Source: Lama glama
Lineage: Eukaryota
Reading direction: 5' to 3'
Assembly: GCA_028534125.1 (NCBI GenBank)
Contig: CM052816.1
Coordinates: 10,170,001-10,234,000 of the forward strand
Length of the DNA stretch: 64,000 nt
A model generated the notes under the pieces. The model was given only the letters and a program-made list of their open reading frames with translations, was not told the DNA's origin and did no database searches. Shown piece by piece: positions 43,219-56,280 of the stretch (positions are counted from its first letter, which is position 1; the number at the start of each line of letters is the position of its first letter). A program made the position numbers and the translations under genes.

Positions 43219-45119
43219 GTAGGTGCCCCTGGCAGGAGAGACACGCAGGGTGCTTACGACTGTAGGCTCCTGAGTGAAGCATCTTGCTTGTCACGCCATG
43301 AACTTGAATGGACCGCGGCCTGCAGCTCATTTCCTCAGTGGTTTCCAGTTCTGATTTTAGGACAGATAATGTCCCTAGCTCTTTGCCATTATAATATTCT
43401 TATAATATTTAATAAATATTTCATGATACTTCATTTTTGTAAAATAATGTCTGTTGTTAAATACTATTTAAGTGAAAGAGTGTAGATTAGAGAGAAATTT
43501 TATTAAGTCAAATCTGATTGCTGGGGAGCCTAATTTAGTGGCAGAATAATAATGTATTTGATGTTATACATATTTTATAATACATTTATTTCTTACAACA
43601 ACCCTATGAGGTAGTGGGAATATTATTATTCTTATATTACATGTGAGGAAGTGAAGGCTCACAGGGAGAAACTTTGCCCAGTTTGGTAAGTAAGGATTAG
43701 CATTTAGATCTGACTCCAGACCTTGTGACTTCAACTACCATAATCCAGCCACGGTAAGAGTACATGGGCACACAGGCTGTGCCTTTTTCTCTCCCGCAGA
43801 AGGTGGTGCTGACTGAGGAGCTGTGCCAAATTCACGATGCATAGTTCCTAGTGTCGGGCCACATGTTGCATGTCTTCCCTCCACGTGAACACCACCCCAG
43901 CCCTCACCATAACACACAGTAACAACTCAAGAAGAAAAGAGGAAGCTTAAAAGAGGCACATTTCAAGGAGTTGCTAGTAGAGGTTTTTCTAAGGCTTTCC
44001 TGGAAGCAGCCTGACTCACTTTTGGGAAAAGAGTGAAGCACTTAGCCCCTACTTGTGACAAAGACAAATTAGTACTCTCCTTCCAAGACGAGCAAGAGAT
44101 TCTGAGCACTGCTTGATGGGGAAGGGAGGAAGAGTCGGCCGTTCATTAGAGAATAAAGAAGGCAGTGGTTTTTCCCTCCCTTCCTACCCTTTCAGCCTTG
44201 CCTCTGTCTACACATGATAAAATTAAACTGTGAGTGTATGTGTCTCCCAGGACTGAGTACCCATTCAGACAACTATGTTTAATTTTTAAAAGATGAGGTC
44301 TGTTTAGTGCAGGACAAGAGCTTGGAGAACACCCCTCACCAGGGCATGTGCGTTCACCTCTGTCAAAGTCACAGGAAATAAGACTGTAGATGTTAGTAAC
44401 AGTATCTGAAACACATAAAGGAAAAAAAAAACAGATATAAAGACCTGTAGACTCCATCTGAAAAAGAAAAGTCTCAAGGAGGCATTTTATAGCTAGAACA
44501 ACTATAAATCTCAGAGCATTAAAAAAAAACAGACTGAGCCCACAGACTCAGCTGTATTTCCAGATTTTTATTTTAAGGAAAAAAAATGGAGGCTGTGAAA
44601 GCCATCTTCAAGCACAGAGGTGTGTCATGTGGAAGAGGAGGGGTTTTATGCATGAAATCTATCTCCAATTTCAAATATTTTATGTCAATTTAGACCACTT
44701 TTCAATACTTATTTCTAAAAGTATGGCTACCGTGATAGATGTCTGTTAAGTTATCTGTCAAATTCAAGACAGAACAAGCATTCTCAGCTACAGTTGAGAA
44801 CAGAAGGATACACGGTTATTATAACAAAGTAAGGAGTTCCCCAAAATGAAAAGTGTGTGAAATGGAAAGGATCCCAAGAAAAAGAACAACTTTCCCATCA
44901 TCAGAGAAGTCCACATGTTGGCTAGGTGACTCTTACAGACTCTTTTAAAGAGGATCATCAAAAGGGTATTTAGACTGGATAAGCTTTGAAACTTATTGCT
45001 ATGATCCTGCGAGACTAAACTAGTACACCCCTGTCCATATACACACGTGCGTGTACATTCGCACGGCACACGTAAGATGCTCAGTTCCAAAGTTAGACTT
45101 GTCTCATTCCGTTTGCCAG

Positions 45120-45323
45120 AGAATCCAGGAACTCGAAGCAACCTTGTACAACGCCCTGCAGCAAGAAACCGTGATCAAGTTTGGTGAATTATTAAGCGAA
45201 AAACAGCAAGAGGAGCTGAGGACCGCAGTGGAAAAGTTGCGGCGGCAGATGCTGAGGAAGAGCAGGGAGTACGACTGTCAGATCCTCCAGGAGAGGATGG
45301 AGCTCTTACAGCAAGCCCACCAG
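45120..45323 (+). CDS. JAKMIP2: JAKMIP2 coding exon 18 (RIQELEATLYNALQQ...ELLQQAHQ)
   Basis: tttgccag| acceptor, CAG|GTGAGG donor, 204 nt. Confidence 0.96.
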
Positions 45324-48300
45324 GTGAGGCTCGAGTCACGCCCCCTGTGCACGGCGGCGCCGAGCACACGGGACTCAGTGCATACGCAGCACACGGTATC
45401 AAGTGTGGGTTCGGACAAGCCTGGGTGCGAGAAGCTGTTTTTATTTTCAGAGGGTGAAATAACTATTGTCTTCCACCTGCACTCAGAAACAGGATGATGG
45501 TTTTGTAATGAATTAATCGTAAGAAAATCGGCACTGGAGAAGCATCACGTAATGTTGCTATTTTTGCAACTCCTTTGTCATGAAGCACCCTTTCAGTCTC
45601 ATGGAGCCTGACTCTGTCCCTTCTGCTGGGAAGCAGGACTCTCTCCAGGACAGAAGTAATGCTTCCCTGCTGTTACTCATCTCAGTCTGTAACCTAGCCT
45701 GATTACACAGTCTGAGCAGGGAAAAGGGGACAAGGGCCCTGCTCCTTATTCCCAGAATGAAGAGCAACAACGTCAGAGCGTGGATACTGCCTCTCACTTA
45801 CTGGCATTTGCTATATGTCAGGAACTAAACTAAGAGCTCTACTTACATCATTTCATTTAATCTTCACAATAGCCCACTACGGTCTTCGAAGTATTCTTCT
45901 TATCCCAACTTAAGAGTCAATGATACCTGACTATACTTCAATTAAAAAAATAAAATAAAATAAAAAGAGTTAGTGCTACGGAAGATAAGATACACTTAAG
46001 TGATTTGCCCAAGATGACAGAGAGTAAGCAACAGAACCAGAATTACAACCCAGATCAGCCTGGCTCCAAGGCCAGTGCACGTAACCAGTGCATCATACTG
46101 TCTTATGCAGCTTGCGTCATCTATCATTTATATGATTTATCTAGACAAGCAAGGCTCAAAATAGACATCCAATATTAACATAGAGCCAAAATTCTTAATT
46201 CCAACTCTTTGTTCGTGTCATAGCTTGATAGGCAAAGACGAGGGTCCTGGTCAAAAAGCAGAGTCTGTAATAATTCCAGAGTTGAAAGTTTCAGGCTGTA
46301 GTATTTGGTACTCACAAGCTGTCATAACCAACTGGTGTGAAATCCAGATGGGCTATACAAGAAGTAGGAACATGTGGTCATCTGAGGTCAAGGCGAGCGG
46401 AAGAGGAATGGGGTTATCTTATGACACTAAACAATTGATGGGGAACGTTCAGCACACTTCAGATGTAGCCAGGAACTTTGTGGATCTTGCTAGGTTAACA
46501 AGTTGCCCAAGTTAACAGGAAACTCTGAAGCCGTCGTGTCCCAGAGATGACAAACGCATGCATGTTAGTTTCAGTAGTTTTTGAGATTCCATCATAAAGA
46601 TTTAGCTTTTGGTCCTGGAAGGAGTTTTTAAAGCCTTTTATAGTAGACTCTATGGTATCATTGCATTAATGCAGGCCCCCTTTCCTTCTAGACAGGAACG
46701 AAAGCATCGTCTGCACAAGTTTCTTCACTTGCAGTAGCATTTAATTAATTTCAGCACATCAAGAGGTGTGTTGTGGAACTGCAGAAGTGTTTAGTTTTGA
46801 GATGGACAAATAGTCGTCTATCATTAAAACCCTGTCATGGCTTATAAGTGTCTCTTCAATCAGCTGAGGTACTTCACTCCCAAAAGAGGTGGTCTTGTGT
46901 TTCAAGTTATCCAGTCTGAGCTGTTAAGTACATTGTATTTCTGAGCTTCAGAGGGTTCCATTGATATTTCTGTCTCCCAAGCAAATTGTTCCTTAGAATA
47001 TGCCTTTCCAGTTAGTTCTTGCTCTTCGTTTTCCCTTTTAATCAGTAGCTTTGATTTGAGAGAAGTATTCCAGGAGGCACTGGCCAGGAACTTATCATGC
47101 ATAAATTCTGACTAAATTCTAGAGCGTATCATTAACCATTTATTAGAGATTGTTGTTTGAATGTTTCGGAGTGTGAGAGTAGGATTAGCCACTTTAAACT
47201 GGCCCAGAGCAGGCCTCGCTGAAGATGTCGAAAACCCAAGGGATCAGCCACATGAAGGTCTTGGCAAAGTGTCCCAGGAGTTAAGGACAGCGGGGGTTTT
47301 GAGTTTCTATTGTGGGAATGTTTGCACTATTCAGGGAGCCGAGAGAAGGCCAGGATGGCAGGAGTACCCAGAGCCAAGGAGTGGCTGGTAGGAGATGGAT
47401 CTGGAGAACTCAGGCAGTGCTGGGTCATGTTGAGGCATGAAGGAGGTTGGTTTGATTCTCCCTTCTTCCTCTTCCTCCTTAAAACTCAAGACCTGCCCTG
47501 ATCAGGTCACATTCTAAGAGTTCAGATGAGTGTAGAAAGAAAGGACATGATTAGAAGCAGGAGGAGCCAGCAGGAACCTCTCGCACCAGTCCTGATGGGG
47601 GATGATGGTGACCTGGTACACTTGGTAGCTGTAGAGATTTAAAAAAAAGTTAGAAAAGGGGTGTATTTTGGATCCAACAGGGTTTCCTGTCTGATGGGAT
47701 GGCAAGGTGACAAGCCGATAGGAAGAAAAAGGAACAAAGCCTGCAGCACCCAGCGTAGCATAACCAGCTCATTTACTAAATAATATTTAGTACAGGCAGC
47801 TTCTCTGTGCTGAACACCACACTGGGTGCTGGAGACGGGTGATGGAGTCACATGTGGTTTTGCCTTGTTTACCTCTCTACTTAATTTGTTATCCCACGTG
47901 TTTTATATTTTGTCTCTCCTTCTGGATCTGATCGTTCTTTGAGACTAGGAACTAATTGGCGTCTTACCTGTATTCTCCGTTAATCCCCCGCAATCCTGAA
48001 CACGTCAGGAGGGGCCCGCCAGGCACAGACTTGTTGGCTGAATAGAGTCCGCAGTCATCTCATGTGCCCATGACTTTACTGAGCTAATACTTGTCTCCAC
48101 ATCCCGCAGGCATATCCAGGATGTACTTGCACGCTCAAGGTAGTAATATCTAGCAAGTTTATTCTTTTGCTGTATAGCTATGGAGCATGAGTGGCACTAC
48201 AGAAAGACACACAAGCACACACATCACACAAGTATACACATACTGTCCGCGTTCATTGTCGCGCACGTTCAAGGTCAGCCTTGATGGTCTCTCCGACAAA

Positions 48301-48346
48301 ACACACCCTCCTCTCCTGCACGAACCTCAGCCCCTTTCCTGGGAAG

Positions 48347-48679
48347 CAGGATTTCTCAGTGTCTGCACCTACTGATGGTTGGGGCCCGATGATTCTTGCT
48401 GGTGGGGGCTGCTCTGTGTATTGTGGGATATTTAGCAGCGTCCCTGGCCTCTGCCCATTAGGTGCCAGTTACACCCCTCCCCTCAGCTGTGACCAGTGAT
48501 CACATGTGATTGATTCAAAATGTCCAGACAATCGGTGATCATGGTTGCACAACTTTGTGAGTATACTAAAACCACTGAATTGTGCACTTTAAAATAAATT
48601 AACACACCTTTTTAAAAAATGTCCAGACATTGCCAAATGTCACTTGGGGTGCAAAATCATCCCCACTTGAGAACCACTG
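48347..48679 (+). mobile_element. MER20 hAT-Charlie element interrupted by an L1 3' fragment (48531-48615)
   Basis: caggatttctca...tgtgtattgtgggatatttagcagcgtccctggcctct...aatgtccagacattgccaaatgtc...ttgagaaccactg; 14-bp TSD AAAATGTCCAGACA. Confidence 0.8.
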
Positions 48680-49476
48680 TTTTAGAGAGAGGAAGATAAG
48701 TACGATTTCTAAGATCCCGTGTTCTTTGTTCTAGCTTCCCATTTTTCTCCCCACCTTGCGTTGTAAAAACCTCTCTTTCTGTTTTATTATCTCCTGTCGC
48801 TTCCTTCGTTTTCTTCCCAGACTCCGCTTCTCTGTTTCCTAGTTGTCCTCAAAAGAGGCATTAAATTTCAAGCCTCCCCTCTGTAACCCTGTGCTGTGAA
48901 TATACAAAGCTTTAGGTGGCCAGAAAGAAATTTGAAGACTTTTTTTCACTTTTAAATAATTATTTCTGTAATGTTGATTTCAAATCACTTTGATTACTTG
49001 TGCTATTTTTGTTATGTTCGATTCTTTTTCCTGCTTTATCATTTCCCTCTTTCGAATATTTTGGAAGTGTAATCTCTACTTTGTTTTATGAGAATTGGTC
49101 AGTCTTGTTTTGTGAGGAAATGCCACCCTGAAACACAATGGAAATAAGGTTTTTAAAAAATGGTAGGAAAAAAATGAGATTGTTGCATTTATGTGATCCA
49201 GCTTTAGCCAGTTTTTTAAAATGTGGTAATAAGCAACCAAAAATCTTAATCCAAATGGTTTACAACAAAGTTTGTTTGTTGCTCACTGATTCTGGGACAC
49301 ACTGCTGTCTCTGCACGGATGTGGCTTTCTCACATAGCACTGCAGCTCGTGTTCCGCTGGCCACATCCAAGCCCCAGGACAGTGGGGTGAGGACCTTACC
49401 TCTTTCACTGGGAAGGGGTCTGCAGGGAGAGACTGACTCAGAACAAAGGAGTGGCAAATCGTTTTTTAATACAATC

Positions 49477-49634
49477 GGAGTGGGAGGGCATAGCTCAGTG
49501 GTTGAGTGCCTGCTTAGCATGCACGAGGTCCTGGGTTCAATCCCCAGAACCTCATTTTTAAAAAATTAAATAAAAATAAATAAATAAACCTAATTACCTA
49601 CCTTCCCCCCCCCCACACACACACACCAAGTTCC
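49477..49634 (+). mobile_element. tRNA-derived SINE, Vic-1-like (camelid)
   Basis: A box TAGCTCAGTGG, B box GGTTCAATCCC, A-rich tail then aaacctaattacc-Cn; 15-bp TSD TTTTTTAATACAATC at 49462-49476 and 49635-49649. Confidence 0.8.
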
Positions 49635-49843
49635 TTTTTTAATACAATCAATGACAGTGATTTTCACTATGAGTTTGGGTAACTTTTGAAACATGCAACA
49701 ACCCTCTGGGTATAGAAAAATGTATATGTAATGTTTCCAGATGTTAATGTTTTTATTGAAACTTCTGCGTTTTAGGTCGGTGAACAATCTTCTCGTTTAA
49801 CTTAATGCCCTCTCAAGCTTTTTTTTTTCCCCCTTTCTTTCAG

Positions 49844-49909
49844 AGAATTCGTGACTTAGAAGATAAAACAGACATCCAGAAGAGACAGATAAAGGACTTA
49901 GAAGAAAAG
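49844..49909 (+). CDS. JAKMIP2: JAKMIP2 coding exon 19 (RIRDLEDKTDIQKRQIKDLEEK)
   Basis: Long pyrimidine tract, tttcag| acceptor, AAG|GTACGT donor, 66 nt. Confidence 0.95.
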
Positions 49910-52449
49910 GTACGTGTTTAAGTTCAATATGTATTTCAGTCTTTATTTTTTAGATCAGACAGTAATACCGGCTTCACTCACTGTTTTCTTTCTTCTCAGC
50001 TGCTGTGTATCTCGCGTGGGCAGGGTAGTTACAGTAAACGCAGACTCTGCTGATACATAGTCAGGCCCCAGGATTCCCACAAAGCTTCTGCCTTCAGTCA
50101 CATTTTTGCCTTCTGTATCGATTCCTATTCTTTTCCATGTATGTTTTGTTTTCTCGGTTTTCCCCTTCCCCACCTGCACTTCTTTTCCAAAAATTTCTTC
50201 TAAGTTTTGTTACTCTACTTTGCTCTTTAAAAAAAAAAATCGTTTAGTCCCTTTAAAAAATAATCTTTCCCATTGCTCATAAAAAGCCCTTTCTTTCCCC
50301 CTTGTGCTATAACTTCACCTCAGTAATACGTCCAGTAGTTTAGATTGACACATGATAATTATGCTCTCCTGTCACTTCCCCAGTGGTCTGAGAGAGTAAC
50401 TGCTTCTTCCAAGTCAGCCAACACTTCTAGGGGGTAAAGAGGGCATTTGGAAACGTGTGTGTGCCAGGGGAAGGGAGAGGGTGACGCAGGGGTGCTGCCT
50501 AGCTGCAATGAGTTGACAGTCTCACGTAACCGAGAGTCATCCTGCCTGAGGTGCCAGGAGCACCTGGCAAGAGGGAGTCTCTGGAGTTCCAGTCTCGTAG
50601 ACTGCAAGCAGCTGCTTGGATCCCTGTGTTGCAAAAATCAATGGTGGTTTTGCAGTATCTTTCATGGGCACCCCAGAAGCAAATAGCAAATCATCTACCA
50701 TTTCTGAGACAATGATTAGAATTTGGTTCATCCCAAATTGCTTCTGTATGTGAGCTGTCCATGTATGTGAGCTCAGAGGGCGTTGGTAGGATCCAGTAGC
50801 CAGGCAGTTGGCCACCTGGATTCTCATGGAGGCTGGGTCTTCATGTACTTATTTGACCTTGGGTAAGTGACTTCCTCCCGTGTCTAAGCCACATTTATAA
50901 AATAAGGGTGATAACGGTCGCCCTCACCTCCTCTCATGGGTTCCATGAGGAACGTATGAGGTCACTTAGATGAAAATTAGGAAACACAGAGAAAGTGTAA
51001 GTCAAACTAAAGTACAGTTTTTAAAATTTCCAAATGTAAAGCATGTATCTTACATAAATTTTTAAAATTGAATTTTCTTGATGTCAGAAGTGTGCTGTTT
51101 AGTTCTGCGGGATTAAATGAGGCAAAGGTAAAAGTGCAGTAAACCAAAAACTGAGTCTAATTTCCCAGTGTTTGTCAGGAAGACCCGCAGAAGGCAGGGA
51201 TTGTTCCAGAGCTTCCCTGGTTGTCAGAGGACGCACCTAATGTCTTCCACTTTCCACGTTTTTGAAGGGCTAGTTCTTGGTGCTAGTCGTCCTCTCTGCT
51301 AATTCTCAGACAGTCCTGGGCTGGCTCCAGGCAGAAGTCACAGTGAAGACAGCTCTGCCCCATTCACCTGAGGAAAAGCAGACAGAGGAACTTTTTTATA
51401 TCTAGTCATGCCCCCCCCAACCCCCCGATATTCTCTTACTAAATCCCATGGAAATTTTGGAAGGAAAGGGATTAAGATTTTGTTCACCGTCAGAATTAAG
51501 GGTGAACTTTTTTATTTCACAGTTCCGAACTTCCCAAACATTTATGAAAATAGGTTAATGTACTTAACAGAAAATAAAGATGATTTCGCTATCATAGAGC
51601 ATATTCTGTGTACAGTGCTAAACTAAGCCATTTCAAGAACAACGCAGTTGGTCTGTGATTAGAGATGTGAACGAGAGATGAGGTTTATAAAGCAGCTTCC
51701 GTTCACTTGACCTCAATGCTGCTCGCCCACAAGCTCAGTAAAAAGGCTAAAGATCACTTATGTCAGGGATGTCCTTCATTCTTTCCCCTGGGTACTTGAA
51801 CACCCCTGCAGGGTACATACAATAGTCCTTCCTTGTTCCTAATTCCCACGTGCCTGGGTGGTATAAATCAGGTGATGACAACAAATGTAGCGAAGTTGCT
51901 TCCCACGAGCAGCTCCTCGCCATTATGAAAGCACCCCTGCATTCATCATCTCATTTGATTGTCCTAATTATTCTGAGACAGACACAGCAGATATGATCTC
52001 CTTTTATACAAGTAATAAGACAATGGCTCAGAGAGATTAAGCAACTTTCCCCAAATCATATGACAAGACTATGGCAAATCAAGGCCAGAGGTCAGGCGTC
52101 TGACCCTGAGATCCACAGCCTGCCCACCACATGGCATGGAATTAAGACTCTCATTGCCACCTAGGTGATGGGCATCCCCTCGTGCCCAGAGAGGTGTCTC
52201 CAACACATGACCTCCCCACAGGGACAGTGGAAGCCTTCCAGTCCTCTCCTCCGTCCACGGCTGCTACAGGTGCCATCCTGTCACTGTCCATCTTCAAGAA
52301 ATGAAAAAAAAGGACACAGTTTCTCCTTTTTGTACTGCTAGATCAGTCACCCATACATGGCTCTTCACACCACGTTTATAACTTGTTCATGCAGCCTTGG
52401 CACACTGAAGCAAGAGCCTTCTAAGTAGTGACATTAAAAGAAGTATGTA

Positions 52450-52610
52450 AGGGAGCGGATGCAGCTGAGTGGTAGATTGTGTGCTTAGCATGCACAAGGT
52501 CCTGGGTTCCATCCCCAGTACCTCCATTAAAATACGTAAGTAAATAAATAAACCTGATCACCTCCCCCCAACAAACAAACAAAAAATAAATAAATAAAAT
52601 ATAGAAAAAA
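52450..52610 (+). mobile_element. Second tRNA-derived Vic-1-like SINE
   Basis: Same architecture as 49477: gcttagcatgcacaaggtcctgggttccatccccagtacctcc, A-rich segment, aaacctgatcacctccccc, A-rich tail. Confidence 0.78.
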
Positions 52611-53011
52611 GGAAATATGCAAATAACATGCCCAGTATGAGACAACCACATAGGACCCTATTCAAAGAAGTCGTGTCCAACAGAACACCCCTGAAGTGTG
52701 ATAAGGCCAAAGACTTCGTGGCTCCAAGAGTAAATCACCAAGGAAGCCAGTATTTGAAAAAACTGATCTGGCCTGTGATACTTTATTTAGTACACAGCTG
52801 GTTTTATACCAGCCCTCCACAAGCGTGTTTTCCATCCAAGTTATCTGCTTCTCTGGTGAAAGGTCTTGGTGAAGAGAGACAAGTCAGACTCCATTTAGCT
52901 TCTATGAGTCAAACAAGGAGAAACCTCGCTCAGAAGCCTGACAGGCTGGGGTAGTGTCATCCTGTCACCACCTGGAGTGTCCATTGCTGTTAAAAGCATA
53001 TTTCATACCAA

Positions 53012-53143
53012 TAAGATGACCACATAGCCTCGCTCATCCGGGACAGACACAGTTTATACCTGTTGCCCTGATATAATTACTAACACTGTTCCAGGTCCCT
53101 CCCAGGAGGATCCCCTGAGGAGAGTTGAGATGTGTTTACCCTA
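53012..53143 (-). mobile_element. MER94-like hAT-Blackjack MITE
   Basis: Degenerate TIRs taagatgacc / tttacccta; internal ccgggacag...gtttatacctgttgccctgatataatta. Confidence 0.55.
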
Positions 53144-53655
53144 CAGATTAATATTCTTCCTACTGTGCCTCAGTCCTAAAACCTAACACATTAGCCAGAC
53201 AATGATAGCATTGAGTGATTTAAGTGTATGCTGTGATCATTTAAAAAGATTTTAATTACCCTCTCACACATTAAAAATAGAGACAATAGCATGTAATAGA
53301 GTAGGACGCAGGAGGTGTGAGCGCTAGGCTTCACTGTACCATGAAGTTAAGTCTGTTGATTAACTGCTCTGTGCTTATTTTTCTCTCTTATAAAAGTAGG
53401 AGCTTAGACCAATCACCTGTAAGGCCCCCTCAGAATTCTAAAACGTATGAGTCGATGTGAGTTGAACACTAGTTATTCACTGCATTGCTTTACCAGTGGA
53501 AAAATAAAAGGTATGGTTTTTTGAAACAAAAGGTACTTGGTGTGTGCATGAGAAATGGTCAGATTTGAGCAATGTGGAAAAGCTGAGGTTTTGTACTACC
53601 TGAATGGCACTACAGAAATTCAGATTTACATAATCTTCTTCTTTTTCTTCTGCAG

Positions 53656-53706
53656 TTTCTGTTTCTATTCTTGTTCTTCTCTCTTGCCTTTATTCTATGG
53701 CCTTGA
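53656..53706 (+). CDS. JAKMIP2: JAKMIP2 coding exon 20: hydrophobic C-terminal tail FLFLFLFFSLAFILWP*; exon continues as UTR to donor at 53726
   Basis: ttctgcag| acceptor; TGA at 53704-53706; CAG|GTAAGA donor at 53726/53727; summed CDS 2463 nt = 820 aa; the tail matches the JAKMIP/NECC family membrane-anchor isoform as recalled. Confidence 0.92.
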   Translation, partial: FLFLFLFFSLAFILWP

Positions 53707-55664
53707 TGTCAAGGTGCCTCTTACAGGTAAGATTCCATTTACTTCTCAAAATGTGCTTCTAAGAGATATTGGATAAGGATGCTGCCTGGGGTTTCTATGC
53801 TCGTGTTTTTAAAAAAAACAAATACACTTGGTTTGGTTAGCTTAAATGCCATAAAAATGAGAAACAGATCCAGTCAGTTCGGATGATGATTAAAGAAATA
53901 AAACAACTATGAAGAAGGATGGATATCGAGAACTTTTCTCTAGTTAACTGCCTTGCTTTGGGGAGTCATGATGTCTCTGGATCTGTGTATTCTCACTGTA
54001 GTCTCATTACATAGAATGAGTTGCTTTTCTATCTGCAAAGTGAAGAAATATGAACATATTTTTGGTATATCTTCCAGCTTGAAAATTCTGCTTCTGTAAA
54101 TCTAACAAGTTAAAAATGACTGCTTTTTTAGACCCTTTCTCCTAGTCCCTTTTCATCAGAACTCAGGAAAACAGGCTATTTAGTGAAATTGGATCTTGTT
54201 TTAAAATAAGGTAACTTGCAATGTCAATTTAGAACAAAAAAGAAGAGTCTTATCATTACTAAATTGTCAAACCCAGGTCTCACAAATATATGTATAAAAA
54301 ATCTTAGACAGTGATTCCCAATGCTATTAAAAACACAGATTCCAAAGCCTTACCTCCGATTTAATGAAGCAGATTCCTGGCCGTGGGAACGAGACACAGG
54401 GTGAGAGAGGTGGAGGGCAAGAATTGATCTGTGTCTTTACTGAGCATACCAAGTGATTCTGACTTTTACCCGGGTCCAGAAACCACAAACCTTAATACCA
54501 TTATTGTAAAATGAAGAAGGCTGGCTGCTCTTCCAAGTCCCTTTCCCATGGTCTGTGTCAACTTTGGTTATCCTCTTAGGTTCTATTATGCAGGGATGTT
54601 TCCTGGACCTCATGTTATGTGACATTTTCTGTAGCAAGTTGAAAAATGGAAGAGGAACACTTTCTCTCTCCGTGGGTTTCAGCTCTGTTACCTGGGTGTG
54701 AAGCAGACAAGCAAAAGTGCATTAGCATGACCTGACACAAGGAAGGGGTTAAGCAGACACGCCCAGAAAGTCTGCCCACATTACCAACTCCCTGGCTTAT
54801 TCCTTCCTCCACGAATTTTCTTTTTGGACTGAAAGTGATCCTTTGTCTGACAAGAAGGGTAGCCTTGCCGGCCATCAAGAAGAGGACTTAGTCTCTTAAA
54901 CTGAATGAGACTATCTAAAGATAAATGGGCGAGCTTCTCTAGGAAAGGATCAACATGACCAGAACCTCAGAAAACCAACAGCCCTCCCCTGCAAAGAACC
55001 ATAAATTAGTGAGGCAAATAAAACTCAGTTAGGGTGGTATAGGGAAGAAACCTCAAACCTTACAAATACTAGCTAGCAAATGAATAGGTTTGAACATTAG
55101 TATCAATAATGACCAACATTTAATACTGTGGGTGCTCTTTTAAGCAGTAGATACATTAATCCTCAAAAAAAAAAAACTTAGAAAGTAGGTACTATTTTTA
55201 TTTTTTATTTACTTATTTATTTTTTACAGTTAGAGAAATTGCCGCATGTGACTTTCCCAAGACCACACGGCTACAATGGGCAGGACTAGGATTTGCACCC
55301 AGGCAGCCTCACACCAGAGTCCACTTTTAACCTCACTAATGAAAGAGGAGGGCCTTTCTCTCACATTTTCAGCATCACTTATGTGCATATAGATCAGCAG
55401 TCAGAGGTGTCCTCTACGATTTGTGTAGTCCTGCTTAGCTCTTGGGATTTGAAATTGCAATGTGCTCATTTCCATACTTTTTCCCATTTTTTGTAACTCC
55501 TTGAGAGATGAACAAAATGTGATTTGCTTTTCCCTCCAGAGTAGCACAATAATTGACACTTAGTCATGGTCAAATGAAAAAAACATAATTGTAATTAATA
55601 ATAATATAGTAAATTAACGTGACTGTGAATCTGGGCAGTGTAAATTATGTACAGGGAAAAGGCT

Positions 55665-55910
55665 GAGTGGTGTAGTGTGTATGGCTTTGAAGTTAAACAT
55701 CCTGTTACATTTGAATCCTCCCATTTACTAGTTGTGTGATGGTAGGTTTAGCCCGAGGTCAGTTTTCCTATTCCATAAGATAGTTAGGATTAATTATATT
55801 AACTATAGCATGGTATTATGTTGAGAGAATTAAATGAGATTATGCATATAAAGGACTTACACATGGACTGGCACATGGTTCAACAATCAGCAACTCTGAG
55901 CTAGTAGTAT
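55665..55910 (+). mobile_element. MIR SINE
   Basis: tttgaatcc...catttactagttgtgtga...gagaattaaatgagattatgcatataaagg. Confidence 0.65.
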
Positions 55911-56055
55911 AAAAAACAAGTTGGCTGTCACATTTACTGAGTTTGCAAATATACAGGTTTGAAAATAAAACCTCTACTACTGCCAAGTAGTTTACCACCA
56001 AAACTAAAATGTAGTTACCTCTTTATTTCCTCTTTTCAGAGAATAATTGGGATTA

Positions 56056-56280
56056 TTATAAACAATTATATATATAACTTTATATAGCTACATATAACTT
56101 TATATAGATATATAACTTTATATATAAAACTTTATATATAATATATAATAATATATAATATATATTTATATATGTAAATAAATAATATATAATACAGAAT
56201 ATATTATAATCATATATAATAATATATTTATATATAAATATATAATGATAAATAGTTATATAAATAAATAAATATAAAAT
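56056..56280. repeat. AT-rich low-complexity / degenerate (TA)n tract
   Basis: Nearly pure A/T with repeated tatataacttta units. Confidence 0.9.

Noticed and set aside
49480..49555. tRNA-Ala-like sequences at ~49480 and ~52450 as tRNA genes
   Set aside because: Followed by a shared non-tRNA body and A-rich tail, with TSD; acceptor stems are broken, so they are SINEs
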